From contig JBDOQK010000045.1 of NCBI GenBank assembly GCA_040437565.1, positions 124,001 to 188,000 on the forward strand: a DNA stretch of 64,000 bases. The letters run 5' to 3'. Both the position numbers and the translations under genes were made by a program. Numbering within the stretch: the stretch's first letter is position 1; every line of letters starts with the position of its first letter. Below are positions 37,870-51,430 of the stretch, piece by piece. This stretch comes from Albugo candida (taxonomy: Eukaryota). The notes under the pieces were generated by a model. The model saw only the letters and a list, made by a program, of their open reading frames with translations, made no database searches and was not told where the DNA came from.

Positions 37870-39288
37870 AACCTAATATATTGGACAGCAGGTACGGGCT
37901 ATTGTCGTGTAAGGCACTATCTCAGCCGCAGGAAAGTTATCCTTATAATCATCCTGATATGTCCCAAACGCTATTCTTTCTCTAAAATATGCCACTATGC
38001 ACCTTATCATCCAGCCAAGCTTGTCAAAAATGGGACGTTTCTTCATGAATCCAGTCAATGAAAGCCAAATGCATATTTCAGCGCGTACCCTTCTGCTTAC
38101 CTCTTTTATAAACTCCTACATTAATTTTATAAATGCTTAGTAAGCCACTTTGACAAAAGGAGGCAGATACTGNNNNNNNNNNNNNNNNNNNNNNNNNNNN
38201 NNNNNNNNNNNNNNNNNNNNNNNNNNNNNNNNNNNNNNNNNNNNNNNNNNNNNNNNNNNNNNNNNNNNNNNNTATGGGAGTTGACATTCTCACCAAGACG
38301 TTTGCCGCACCACGGCTGAACGAGGTGCGCAAGCTGGTCTCCCTCATGTGACGACATCTCGGGAAGGAGTGTTCAAAAGGCAAGACTATTGGTGTGGAAA
38401 AGGCGCGACTAGTGATGCGACTAGCTTCAAATAGAACAGTCTCTCATCTACTCTACACTGTTCAAGCACTACGGACAAACAACAGAATTGCCGAAAAGCA
38501 AAGTGCAATCGTTCTGTTTGTCTCTCAAGCACTCTGTCGAATGCATAGGGAGAAAAATCGAACATAATTCGATATCGTTTCGCTGCTCACCTGAGCGAGA
38601 ATGATTGGTTCGGGACTGATGATGAATGCTGCGGAGACTCCCATATTCGATAAACACGACAGCGATACTAACATTACCATTTTGATTGGTGTACCCCTTT
38701 GAAAACACTGATGCAGCTCCTCCGTCTTTGTATGTCGAGTGATCACTACGCGGTAAAAATGGTCGATTGTTGTTCGGTATAAACGTCGATACACTTCACG
38801 AAGAGTGAGAAACACTCGTAACGCAGGTCGCATTGACTTTTCATCGCATTCATTTGCGATTGTTTCGACCTGATTTACCTGACGAATGAGGAAACGTGAC
38901 GAGATGATAGAGGATGCTCTAGAAAATGACATAATATTCTCAATCACTTGTAAGCAGTCACATGTTCAAACGCTTCGATTAACGCAAGTCGCGTTTTGCT
39001 TCCAGTGATAGACAATTCTGTTCTTGATAGAGAGTTCTCGACACCATTCTAGATTAGTGCTATGACTTTTTGGTGACAAAAAAAAACGAATTCTATGCAT
39101 AGATATGCGTGCTTTAGGCATCATTGAATTTCAGCATTAGCCGGATTATTGGCAAACGCCTAGATTTAAAATATTAGCATTTGAGAAAGCGAGCCTGAAC
39201 ACATTTGAGAAAATAAACAACTACTGATCAGTGTTCGCTAACGCGTCCTGCAGGTGATACTAGTTGCAATAACTAGACATTTCAGTTA
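37870..39288 (-). pseudogene. Possible further Cys-module secreted-protein relic, abutting the SINE copy
   Basis: 140-aa open stretch at 38525-38947 and scattered KCLV, CDCL, SCLS, CP*CL on one strand. No N-terminus visible. Confidence 0.3.
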
Positions 39289-39400
39289 CTTTGTCAAGGA
39301 TTTCATTACACTGTTTATCTGGTTCTTTAACTACCTTCCTTATCCTATCATGAGCCCCTGACCGTGTGAATATCACTTAAGTCTGACTTCAAACCTAGGG
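39289..39400 (-). mobile_element. Second copy of the SINE (3' part, cut by a gap)
   Basis: Reverse complement is near-identical to ~8259-8370 (ctaggtttgaagtcagac...tgaaatccttgacaaag). Confidence 0.92.
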
Positions 39401-39500
39401 NNNNNNNNNNNNNNNNNNNNNNNNNNNNNNNNNNNNNNNNNNNNNNNNNNNNNNNNNNNNNNNNNNNNNNNNNNNNNNNNNNNNNNNNNNNNNNNNNNNN

Positions 39501-42429
39501 CATGTAAAAAGGCTCAAACGTTCAGGCGTATAAGCACCATGTAAAAAACAGATATGCACAATCTGCTTGCAACAAAATGTTTCGCACTTCGGAGCTATTG
39601 TTTGGTGCAAAAAAATTGACAAAGTTTCTCAATCCAGGTGTCTGATACACTTTAACCTTCGTCAAACAATTGTTGGTTCTACGAGAGTTGCACCATAGAC
39701 CCCTGGTCTGTGTCGAAATGTCGATTTGAACCATTCCGTTGAAGATGAAAAGGCTGCAAAAGGCTCTTTTTTGACTTGTATGTATTAGATTGGCGCCTTA
39801 GGTTGTAGCCGGCAGATTGAGAAGTTGACGATCATTTTATTCACATAACGGTTGCGTTTGAAAAAAAACACGGTTTAGCTCCGTAGTTTTGCGAGAGAGA
39901 ATATATTTGAAAAAAAGAAAAAAGAAAGTAGCCGTAGCCAATAAAACCACATTGCATGTTTATGACTATCCTTAATGTACATCATGTCTACATAATTCCT
40001 TCTACTATTTGTTTATGTCAACCAATCAGAGCGAGGACTATGGCCACTTATGTATGCTATAACGTTTGGCAGAATAATAAGAACTCATTCAGATTGTGAG
40101 CCCTGCACATGATCCGTATCTACTTCCTGCAGGGCGTCCCTCTCAATAGATTTGGAGTCGCTTTAATCCTAACTAGGTTACGTCATATATTCTCAGTCGA
40201 GAGTCTTATAAAATGTGCAACGATTTCTTTGCCCACAATTCCTTGTAATCTCATCTTATCATGTTTATATGAATATCTCCACTCTCAAGACCACTTTGAT
40301 GCAGCATGTCTAGAGTTCTATAAATTGCGAAGTAATGATGGATCGATATAGCTTCAAGAGTATCCCTTACTTTACTATCTGCTTTATAGAAAGCAATTCA
40401 TTTCACAAGCTGACAGCAACCTGTATCCTTGGTTTTGCCATTGCGATTTTGCTTTTTACGCGCGTAACATGTCACGAGACATTGCATTCATTTAACGATG
40501 TTATGGACGAGAGTTTGCTAGATGAAATTTACTACTTAATAAAGAAGAAAGATACGCAAGACTGTGGGAGACCCTGTTCGACGTGACAAACGATTTGGCT
40601 CCGAATATGCTTTTGTGCTATCAGATTAGATACATGCATTCGCGTTTAAACCAGAATATTCCAAACACGTCTTTAATTAGATAGCATTAAATCGGGAGCT
40701 GTGACGGTGGACGAGTATGAAAGCATGATAACGTTGAGTACCCTTATATAAAAAAAAGACTGAATATACTTTATTGTACGAAACCTGCATGGTTATCCCT
40801 TGGAAAAGGACGACAAGAAGAGACGAAGCGAAGGATCATGTTAATGATGCTATTAGATCATTAGGAAGTAAGGCAAGATAATACATGCGCAAATATACCG
40901 CATCATTAGCACATGCTCATGTGAGCAAATGGCAATATGGAGCGAAAGATTTAGCTATCGCCGAGCTGAAGAAGGCAGCAAAGAAGTACTACGAAAAACT
41001 CAAGCATAATGTAACGGTGATGGAAAAGGTTCTAGTCTGTGCGGTCGAAGTGACTGTTGACTTTCGGACTGGGTCGCTCCCACTTAGAGCACTCATTTGA
41101 TCAATTTTCTCAAAGAAGAGAAGATGCCCTCTAACCAGTGAAACAAATGGGTATTTCAATCTCGCCATCGGACCTGAGATGAACCAATCGGAGATCATCG
41201 CATCTCCACCACATATGCAATCCTCAAAGATCATCCTTTCCACTATGTACACACCAGAGTTTGAATCTATCATTGTAAAGGTCGCATACGACTAGGGCAA
41301 GAGAAAGTACCATTTCCTTTATAGGGATCAAAAAATTTCTCTCGTCTTCTATCAATCCTGGGGACTTGTATGGAAATATCCTCTCGGACCACAGTAGACC
41401 GAAGGAATTCCATGCTCGGTATCGTGAAGCCGGCACGTACATAAGCACGGCAAAACCATGCATTGTCTTCTCGGATACAGGTTTAATCATGGCATCTTTG
41501 AAGTGATGACAAAAGGCATCCTTGTGGTGGTTCAAAACTTGACGGAAAGTCATGGTACCGTACACAAGCAAGCTTGTCAAGTGGTATCAACGAGTAGTGA
41601 GCCTGCACGGGCATCAATATTTTGTGAGCGTTTACAAACAGTATGCTGATGAAGAAGAAAATTGGATACGACAGGTGAGAAAGTACTCGACCTCGGAGAT
41701 CTAGTGGCCGGATCTCAATCACCGGGATTCTAGATGACATTAGACCGCGAGTTAGAGTGTTGAGCAGGATCACCCGATCCGGTTCTATCTTAACTTTCCA
41801 TATAGCTTCGATCTTCCCAATATCGCTGTCTGTAATGATCAAATATTCCTTATAGCCGTGACTGATAAATTTCTATGCTGTGAAAACAAAGCGTCTAAAC
41901 TCAGCATAAATAACAGTGGTCAGTGCCGGTAGTGGAAATTTGTACCAGGCTCATTGGATTCTTACGTGGAGTTCAATGTGAACCGTTAGCGACACTTAGG
42001 ATTGGGTGATCACTTGAATAGTCTAAATTCGCTTAGAGACTGTTCGAACATTATCTCTCCTATTGTTGGAAGTGCCTCAATAATAAGGAACATTGATCTG
42101 TAATGAAGGCAAATAGTGTCTGTGACCGCGAATCTTCCAACTTGGCTTCGGTGAGAAGATATTATGTCAGATTAATCCAAATAGCATTTTGATGAAACGA
42201 TCCAACAAATCAAACGTGACTTTCGGATGTAGTACGGTGCAACTCTCGTAGAACCAACAATTGTTTGACGAAGGTTAAAGTGTATCAGACACCTGGATTG
42301 AGAAACTTTGTCAATTTTTTTGCACCAAACAATAGCTCCGAAGTGCGAAACATTTTGTTGCAAGCAGATTGTGCATATCTGTTTTTTACATGGTGCTTAT
42401 ACGCCTGAACGTTTGAGCCTTTTTACATG
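39501..42429. repeat. Perfect 194-bp inverted repeat (39501-39694 / 42236-42429) at both ends of a contig
   Basis: Both arms start with CATGTAAAAAGG exactly at the gap edges; the ORF track shows the same peptide on opposite strands. Confidence 0.92.
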
Positions 42430-42529
42430 NNNNNNNNNNNNNNNNNNNNNNNNNNNNNNNNNNNNNNNNNNNNNNNNNNNNNNNNNNNNNNNNNNNNNNN
42501 NNNNNNNNNNNNNNNNNNNNNNNNNNNNN

Positions 42530-43680
42530 GTACTTCACCACTGTCAAGTAGCTGGTCTTCTGCTCCTTCTCTCCAACGGCATTTGAGAAAATGCTGTTTT
42601 GAAGTACAATATGAAGCTCTTTGAGCGATCTTTCATTGCGACTCCTCCTTCTAATCCATGACAAACACTCCCTCTTGATATCAAGATCTATCAATATCTC
42701 TCTTCTTCTTGAATGTTGGCATTGCTGGTGTGTTGGAAGGGCTTTGCTGACCAGGTACCGAAGTACCGAAAGCTTAATGCTCCTGCAGGCCCAGTCTGAC
42801 GTGTTGTGCAGCTTTTCGTTGGATGCAGCAGCGGACGCTTTCATCTTTCTCATACCCAGGTAAAGCCGTCCTTCCAGATACCGAAGGATGGTCATGAGTC
42901 TTAAAACAAGATACGGTGGGAATTCCCCAGTTGCTTTTTTGGTTCTATATGCCATTCAGCACTCCTTTGAATCCTTGATGGCCTCTTCCATTTTATCTTC
43001 TTCTTCTCCTTCTTCTCTCTCTTCTCCCTCTTCGCTCTCTTCTCCCTTCTGCTCACTTCTCTCATCTTCTGATGCAGTTGACATCTCCTCTCTACTTTTT
43101 TCTGGCGGCCGCTGACCTGCTATATTGAAGTAGATGTACAGCCTCCACAGGTTCTTTTGCTTGGCATACTTCTCCCTCCTCCACTTCGTAGTACTTGAGC
43201 TCTCTGCCAAGGTATGTAAAGAGTTAGAAGGGAAAGAATGTTTTTGACAAAAGAAACCAGCTTACTTTTATAGGTTGAGTATCTCTTCTTCTTTCCCTTC
43301 GTTCTTTCTACAGCTGAGCCTTGACAGCAGCAATTTTATCTTGAAGCTGAGCTGTGATTGTTTCCACTCTTCCTCTTCACCCTCTTTTCACCCTTCCTTC
43401 CTTTCCTCCTCTCTACTCCAGTCTGACATGAGGCTCTGACAGTCGACATCTTCTTCTGCCTCCACCTCTTCCTGCTGTTGCTTTCATTTCTGAAGCTGCC
43501 TTTTCTTGTTGTTGGCTTGGTGCAAGTTAAGCATATGTTCAGGTGGCAACAAATCATGCAATAGCTGACGATCGATGCTACCTATCCTACTTCTTGTTAG
43601 ATTTACTAGTGCATGTGGGCTCAGTGAGAGCTGGAAAGCAGGTGAGTATTCAGTAAAGTACATAGCGAAATGCACCTCAG
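42530..43680 (-). mobile_element. 5' part of a third Sagan-like transposase, with intron 43204-43265; truncated by a gap
   Basis: Charged/acidic N-terminus followed by KMKAS..RSIK..YL..LPTHQQCQH..LIDLDIKRECLSWIR, similar to the N-terminal part of the 28.7-kb copy. Intron GTAAGC..CTAAC..GCAG. Confidence 0.65.
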
Positions 43681-43899
43681 CTCTTTATTGATCTCATAGA
43701 TGTGATATAATTGAAGACTTCAGTGCTTCTCACTTCGTACTACCGCAAACTTTGTTTTACAATACAAATAGGTGCTTTTGTCTATAAACACTTATTAAGT
43801 GGAACGAGAAAACATGACGAGCCTTGTGGTGGGCAACGAAATTTGAGATATTATCATTATTTTTGTTGCTTGAATTCATCCACCAGCGTTGTAGCCATC

Positions 43900-45100
43900 T
43901 TTCGACCATTTTTCAGCTTCTTTAACTAGTCAACATTCAACCCAGATGGTAACAGGTAGACGAGCGGATTTCATCACCTAATTTGTACATCGCTGGATGG
44001 GGCCAAATTCGTTCGTAGTGGCCAAAATGAGAGGGCATTTCTCCATAACATCGAGGAACTTGGCTATCCAAAATAGCGGTTAAATCAACTTCTATCTGAT
44101 GAATCGATGGATTCTCTTCGTCTTTTTCGGCACCGACATTACCTCTGTGGACTTGCTGCACGCTTTTATGCGTCTCACTCAGCTTTCTTCCCGGAATATC
44201 AACCAGTTGATGAAGGTAGAAGCGTCATGGATTCACCAGTTTGATTGTATCATACATCAGTGCATCTTTTACCTACGAAACGGCACAGTATGTTTGGTAT
44301 AATGAAAATGTGATCAACCTACTTGTACGTCATGTTTAATCTCGCGATCCACAAAGCGGTGATTTTATCTCAATTAGCCAAGGCTCGAGGTCCCTTCCCA
44401 GTAAACATCGAAACCGTAGTCGCCTTCTGCATGCTACTATTTGTCAAATAAATGAATAGATGAGCGAGATTTTTTGGGTCGTATAAACGCGTACACAATC
44501 GAACAAAACCCTGTCCGTATAAAAATGCCTCGAAAGTATTGAACGATGTCACGAGCACAAACAAACGAATATCAAATTTTTAGTCATTGATTGAAAGCGG
44601 ACGATTTACATATCGCTCGATCGTAACATTCTCACCATAATGAGTTGATTGAGATACTTGAAGAGTAAAATTCCGCGGCCACGCGACGATGCAACCGGTT
44701 TCATGACCCAAATGTTTGCTCGGGGATTTTGGGTATTGAACTCGTCCTTACAATGATTTTTGTGACCTGCTTCGATCAAAGCGACATATTCTTGAGGTAA
44801 GAGAAAGGTTTTGGCAGAAGAGTTTTGTATTCCGATCCCATTTCCGACCCAATGTGATATAGTTGGTGATAATTTTCTTCAAGTTATCTTTTCGTGTCAG
44901 AGCTTTTGAATCATAAAATGATTCACGCGTTGCCAAGAAAATCGTTTTTCTCTCGATGTTCGGCTTACTCCAAATCCATAGAAGATTCCACGTTGTTTGA
45001 GTCCTAAACCAGATAGATGCTCTTCCCAAGTTACTGTAAAGCAGCGACCACGATCTCGGACACTTGACGACGATCTGCAAACGTTATTCTGTAATGAGCG
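43900..45100 (-). pseudogene. Tubulin-tyrosine ligase-like (TTLL, polyglutamylase-type) pseudogene
   Basis: WNLLWIWSKP..QRVNHF..LTRKDNLKK; IERYVNRPL..KFDIRLFVLVTSF..GFVRLCT..YLTNSS; PWLIE; VKDALMYDT. Frameshifts, an internal deletion, and a 50-nt GT-AG intron at 44273-44322. Confidence 0.85.
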
Positions 45101-45915
45101 GTAGATGGAGACGTCAGCACACCGAGCGGTAGAAACGTAATTGCACCGGTACATTTTCCGAATACAGTATAATAATCTTGCGTGATTGATTGCCAGACTT
45201 GATACAGTTTCATTTGTAAACGTAGTACAGCTCGGCTTGCTGTGGTAAATTAGTTGGTGAGATCGTGGGTATCGTATGCGTTTGTGCATAAATTACCAGA
45301 AATATGCAGTGAAAGTTGCGCAAATAGCGGTGATACTCTACAACTTTGGGAGAAAGAGGCTTGCGCACAGGAATCGAGTCAAGATTGGGTGGTACTTCTT
45401 CGGGACTATAGACCGTTACCTCATTCTGCTTCTGTACCTTTTCGGCGCTGATAATTGNNNNNNNNNNNNNNNNNNNNNNNNNNNNNNNNNNNNNNNNNNN
45501 NNNNNNNNNNNNNNNNNNNNNNNNNNNNNNNNNNNNNNNNNNNNNNNNNNNNNNNNNCTCACTTGGCGGATCGCATCCACCAATTCGTTGTCCACTTTTC
45601 CTACGAGTGGGGAAGCCCCATTGGTGCTTGCTAGGAGCAAAACATACAGAAGCGTGCCATAAAGTCGAAGGAACCAGTTCGCCGATTCCATGTGGAAATT
45701 CAGAAATCAATGGTGTCAATGAGGCGAAGGTGAACTCAAAAAAAAAAAAACGCTGATATCGTATAATTCGCTTCTAATTAGTGCAAACCAGCTTATCAGA
45801 AATGGAACCTTCCAATTTATTGTTGTTTTTGCTTCTAAAACATGCATCTGACCACACGACGCATCTCAAAGCAATGCCTGACAAAAAGATTCTGTTCAAC
45901 ATAATAATAAATACA

Positions 45916-46763
45916 GGGAATCGTTATTCAGCACTCACCTTTTCTGTAATCAGCACACAGCCTCCATAAATTAATACCTGCGTGGTCTCTGATTGGTTAA
46001 AATAATTATCGCAGAACAAAAAGAAATTAAAATTACGGAATCGTTATTCAGCCCCCGCCCTCCATAAATTAATGGCAATTGTAGCCTCTGATTGGTCTGA
46101 ATAGATGCAACGGAATAAATAAAAAAAATATATAAATCACACTGTTGTCTCCTTCAACTTCAATTTACCTGTAGGCTTGACGACATCTACAATAGGCTAT
46201 ACTTGAGCCCATGCTTTTCGTCCCCAAGTAATACCGCTGCCTGCTAATGATTTTGATCAGCAGACAGAGACTCGCGATCCTGTGCAAGTGCGCACGCGTG
46301 GTAGGCCATCGAGCTCAACGCGCGACTTCCTTTGATGATTGAGCATGTTAGCGCTACTTTGGATGCTCCTGTGCATCGCAGAAGATGTCGAAAATGCCAA
46401 AAGACAGGTCACACTACCAGAACCTGCCGTCAAGAAGGAACAGCACAACAACAGCACAACAACAGCACCAGCAACACTTGCAGCAGTAGATTTAGATACA
46501 GACTTAAATAAAGTACTACAAATTTGCTCAAACGGAAGTTTTTGTTGGATTTTATTGTTTTTATTTCGTTGCATTTAATCAGACCAATCAAAGCCCACGA
46601 GTTTCATAAATTTATGAATGGTGCGGGCTGATTAAGGATTCCCGTAATTTATTTTAATTTATTCTCTTATATTTGTTTAAACCAATCAGAGACCACAATT
46701 GCCATTAATCTATGGAGGCTGAGTGCTGATCACAGAAAAGGTGAGTGCTGAATAACGATTCCC
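45916..46763 (+). mobile_element. Non-autonomous MULE derivative with double-tier TIRs
   Basis: TIR gggaatcgttattcagcactcaccttttctgt at both ends; inner inverted pair ~46036-46130 / 46555-46650; flanks taaataca / taaataaa. Internal DPVQVRTRGRPSSSTR resembles a MULE C-terminus. Confidence 0.88.
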
Positions 46764-49700
46764 TAAATAAACTTTTTAAATAACTTGGAATGAATAATCA
46801 TACATAAAGTGAAGCACTGTAAACACCTGATTATTTTTGCAGATATGTGACTTTATGGAGAGAACAAGTATGGTAATTGGATTACCTATTGGAGTTCTCA
46901 ATAAGCATCTATGAACGAGAGGTGTTATCTATCGGAAGTTGCTCGAATTTTTCTTGAATGCCATGCATCGGAGTTAAATTTCTGCAATTAATCGAGATAT
47001 ATCAAGTACTAGAGAATGAGGACCCTCCCTGGATTATATCGCTGTCATCCATCGCCTCTAATCATTACGAGAGACACCACACAAATGCACGCGCATCCGG
47101 CAGCAATATAGTAATGTGGAGGGTAGACGTTGTGGTAGTCTTTTTTGCTTGGGGAAATTTGGTCTTCCTTTTAAGGACTTTATCTACCTGTCTGACATCA
47201 TGGCTCTTACCCAGTCCAAAGACACTGCTACGAATTCTCAGAATTCAAACGCTTCAGGATTAGCCACTTAATCCCCCAGCCAGGAAACGCATCCCTTTCA
47301 TGATTCACCACTCAAGGGGCTTTGTGGCAAGTAAGTGACTTGAATGTAATGTTTTTTTTGATACGATAAGGCATGAACATTTCTTGAACATTCAAGCCTG
47401 CAACTAGAGCCTAGGATATACCATATATGACCAGGCAAGCCGCAAGATTGAAGAAGTGCTGAGCTGGAGCACAATGGTCATTACAATCCGCGCAAATTGC
47501 AATGCACCCAAATTGACCAAGTATGTGCTGAAATGCCGATTGTTGGTAAAAAGAGGTATTATTGCCGCTCTTTAGCTTCTGATGGCTTGTACGCAAAGAA
47601 ATTGCACCCGTATCATCCGCCTCACTAGGAAGTACAAGCCACAATAGCCACTAGATAGTAGTATGCGCAGGACTGCGATTCGTTGCTTTCCCAGTGGGCA
47701 CTACTGATTCAATGTGAATAGCCTTAGCTGTTAACGGAACTAGTCCCCAATCCAGTAATCAACTAATTTGCTTCAGCCGGTTTGCAAAAGGCTGGATAAA
47801 GGTCCTACCATTACGACATGTGTCACTGAAATTCTCCATTCAATACAAAACTCAGCTCTAAGCATTGCATTGTGCAAATAAGCGGCTCCTTCGATACGAC
47901 ACAAACGCATTTTAGCTAGAAGAATGCGAATGGTTTCATAGGAGGTCTACTGCTTAGTACCAGACTAATTGAACGCGTAGATGCTATAACAATCATCGTC
48001 TTAGCTGTATACAGTATCAATCGCTAACTGGCAGCGATGTCCTCACATCAGACCTGCTTGAATAGGCTATATGCTAAATCAATCGGGAGTACAATACTGA
48101 TAAATTATGCATCGCTGCGCCAAGTTTGGTCATACAAACATCTCAAGTATACAAATAATAACTGCAAAACTTCTAGAACAACCTAGGGGCGATGGGTATT
48201 GATCTGAGAGGCTGGAGAAGACACGTGTGGGAGCGGGGTCTGCGCTAAATGCACAAAACTTCTTGGATTTGTAAGGTAATGTTTTGCCCGAAATTAGAAC
48301 AAAGAAAATTATTCTTGGTTCTTGAGGAGCTGCACCATAGACCGCAAATAACATCATCGAATTAAGTTTTCTCTTCTATGCTCGGTGTAACTCCATCAAA
48401 GACACCATAGCGGTCAACTTGAAACAGGAATGACTAATTGGGACTTAAGTATAAGACGTTGATTGGGTCCTAAGGTTTGCTACATTTCGTATACAATTAT
48501 TATGATACCAAAATACGACCCAGTGTTGTGGATAAAGGTCCAAAATGGATCTGATTCATGGGTATGTATCAGTACTTTGGAAGGCTCGAATACTTCTGAC
48601 TACTGATCACACACGGATGAAGACGAATCTTGGCATAGATGACCGCTTTTGGACGATCCTCATCGACTTATCGAAGCATCGTCATCACAACTTCTTATCG
48701 CTTCGTCCCCGCACTACCAATAGGTACAAGTATCGAAAGTTATAACATTTGTCATCGGATCTGAGTGGGTAAGCTAAGAAACCTTATGCGTTCGGAAAGT
48801 CAAGCTTTCGCAATCACCACGACACGACATCTTGCGTTTACTTTCGATTTATAAAGGTTCATCTTTCATTTTAGTGTGTGCTATAATGCATAAAACTAAA
48901 GTGAACTACTTGGACGGATCTTATACTAGCCAACTCAGATAATTCCCTTCCAATCTTGACAACAAAAGGCGAATTAAGTGATACGTTCTATATGGCTTCC
49001 TGGCCAAAATATGAAGTCGACTGTGGAAATTACAATCAACTTGGATATGTGGTGGACAGGACAACATATCGCGTACGCGGGAAATGTAAGGATATAGCTA
49101 CTCCGTTCGTTTTTGATTGTGATTTCAGTACGCCATCGGTATCGTACATGGCAAAACCATCATTTCTCACTGAAAACGCTCTTCAATCTGGTACTTTTTA
49201 AGCGACAATCTATCACAATAAGTGCGATTTCAGAGGATTTAGCCCATGAACGAGGTGGTTTCCGCATTCGGTTCGTATTTGAGACCACTTTTAATACATT
49301 AATAGGAGGCGAGATAGGCTCCAACCCAACAGTGCTTCAGGCTTCCTTTTATGGAGCTCAGGATAGCTGACGTCGAAGTGTGAACGCGGACATTTGGAGC
49401 TTGGAGAAATAGCTGGAATTGCTCGAAGCGTGGTTGCGGTACCACACAAGCAAGCACACTTGCAAAGAAACCTTTAATGAAGGTCAAGCACATCGAGGAG
49501 GTATCCAAACTTGATGCCAACCAATAGATATAAAAGGATTCGAGAATCCATGCACCTTCACATGATTCATAGAGCAAGGGATATAATTTTTAAACCAACT
49601 AATGCGTTGTATCGAATGTTCCGTAATAATCGCTTTAACATTTCTTTTGATATGTGTTCTGACTCTACTTATATGGTATCTGGTTCGACGAATCCGGCAA

Positions 49701-51150
49701 ATATGGTCGATTCCATTGAAGTATGTGCATAAGGCTTTGGTATATCTCTTACAGTTGATTCTGATACATTGCAAGTATATCGCACGGCGTACGTAGTCTT
49801 GGCATGAATGGATTGTTCATTGTACTAAGCAATCATATTTTGCTCTGATCCGTTTAAATTTCGATTTATAGATATCATATTCGTGGAGAAAACGGATCAA
49901 TTCCTGGTGTTTTATAGGGCGCAAAGTCAAACGCATATTCGACATGTGCTCTTTGTTTTTTGATAGCGACTATGCCNNNNNNNNNNNNNNNNNNNNNNNN
50001 NNNNNNNNNNNNNNNNNNNNNNNNNNNNNNNNNNNNNNNNNNNNNNNNNNNNNNNNNNNNNNNNNNNNNNNNNNNNCCAATCTGTACACATACGTTGAGT
50101 TGCTCAAAACCTCTGTATCTCTTCAGTAAATAATAGTGCACGCACTTTTATCACTGCACATTTTATTCTGCGACTAAAAATTTCACTATCCTCATCTACG
50201 TATGCGCACATGGAGAACAGCCCGCCGAGGAGACATTATCCCTGCGCAGCCTTTGCATACTTACCGTCTCGGTTGACGTTTGGTCCTTTTCTATCGCATT
50301 ACGTCGAAAGCATCCTGCCAATTCGAGATTTCCAACGAGTATTATGCGTATATTCTAAACTACATTAAGCACTTTGTTTTGAAAAACAAGAATTTAAAGA
50401 AACCATATTTTCGTATATACAATCGACTATCTGAAAAAAGATGACGTCATTTGGACGCACACAAGACTGATCGGCATATGTCTCGGGCTCATAGCCGGCC
50501 TCAATTGGCTGCGGATGTTTGATACATTGCTATCAAAACGAACGTTCCTGTTTAAACATTCTAACTTCTTCAATATGGTGTATTCGTGTGTCGAATGTGA
50601 TGATGTATTCTAATCTGGTAAACATCAGTAAGGTATCGTCACGACTCATCCATAAGACATGTTCCAATGGGCGCAACATTTGGCGACAAGCTCCTTTTTT
50701 ATCTCATCAGACAGACTGATCACTGTAATATGTTTAATGCGCTGGAAGCGATTTATGGGTGATAGAATAATCATACAATCAGCCGAGTGAGTCGTGTATC
50801 GATCTATTTTTATCGAAAGGATAGACAGAGTCATCTAGATTTGCTAACTCTTCGTTGTAGAACTTCTTGGTACCATTGACTCCACTGAGTGAACGATTAA
50901 GGAATTAGGTGAGAAAAGTGGAAAAATTGGAAAGAAAACTTATACAAAAAAGACTCAGTACTCTTCATTACTCAGTAAAGTGCTGCAAACATGTTCGCGG
51001 TCGAGTTGGGAGAGTGTTGATGATGAAGCTCCTATGTACGGTTGAACTATCTAGCTAAGTGCATGTCTAGGTTTGAAGGTTAATTCTACTTTTCATTCTA
51101 ACCACTCCTGCGAAGAATTCTCCCTCTGCAAGCTACCAACAATCACAACA

Positions 51151-51430
51151 ATAAGATGTTGGATTGTATCAGAAAACCGAGGGAATAGTGTTGTTCTGAA
51201 TAAATCTGTAAAACACCCGACAACACTTTCTGGAATTCATTACGAAGGTAGAATGAGAAAAAGATAAGATGTGTTGGATTGTATCAGAAAACCGGGGGAA
51301 TAGTGTTGTTCTGAATATATTTGTAAAACACCCGACAACACTTTTTGCATTTGTTACGAAGGTAGAGTAAAAAGAAGATAGGATGTGTTGGATTGTATCA
51401 GAAAACCGGGGAAATAGCGTCGGATTGAAT
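51151..51430. repeat. Tandem repeat, ~113-114-bp unit, ~2.4 copies
   Basis: Units start at 51151, 51264 and 51378, each containing tgttggattgtatcagaaaaccg. Confidence 0.92.

Noticed and set aside
51151..51430. CRISPR-like array
   Set aside because: Whole units are repeated with no unique spacers, there are no cas genes, and the context is eukaryotic.
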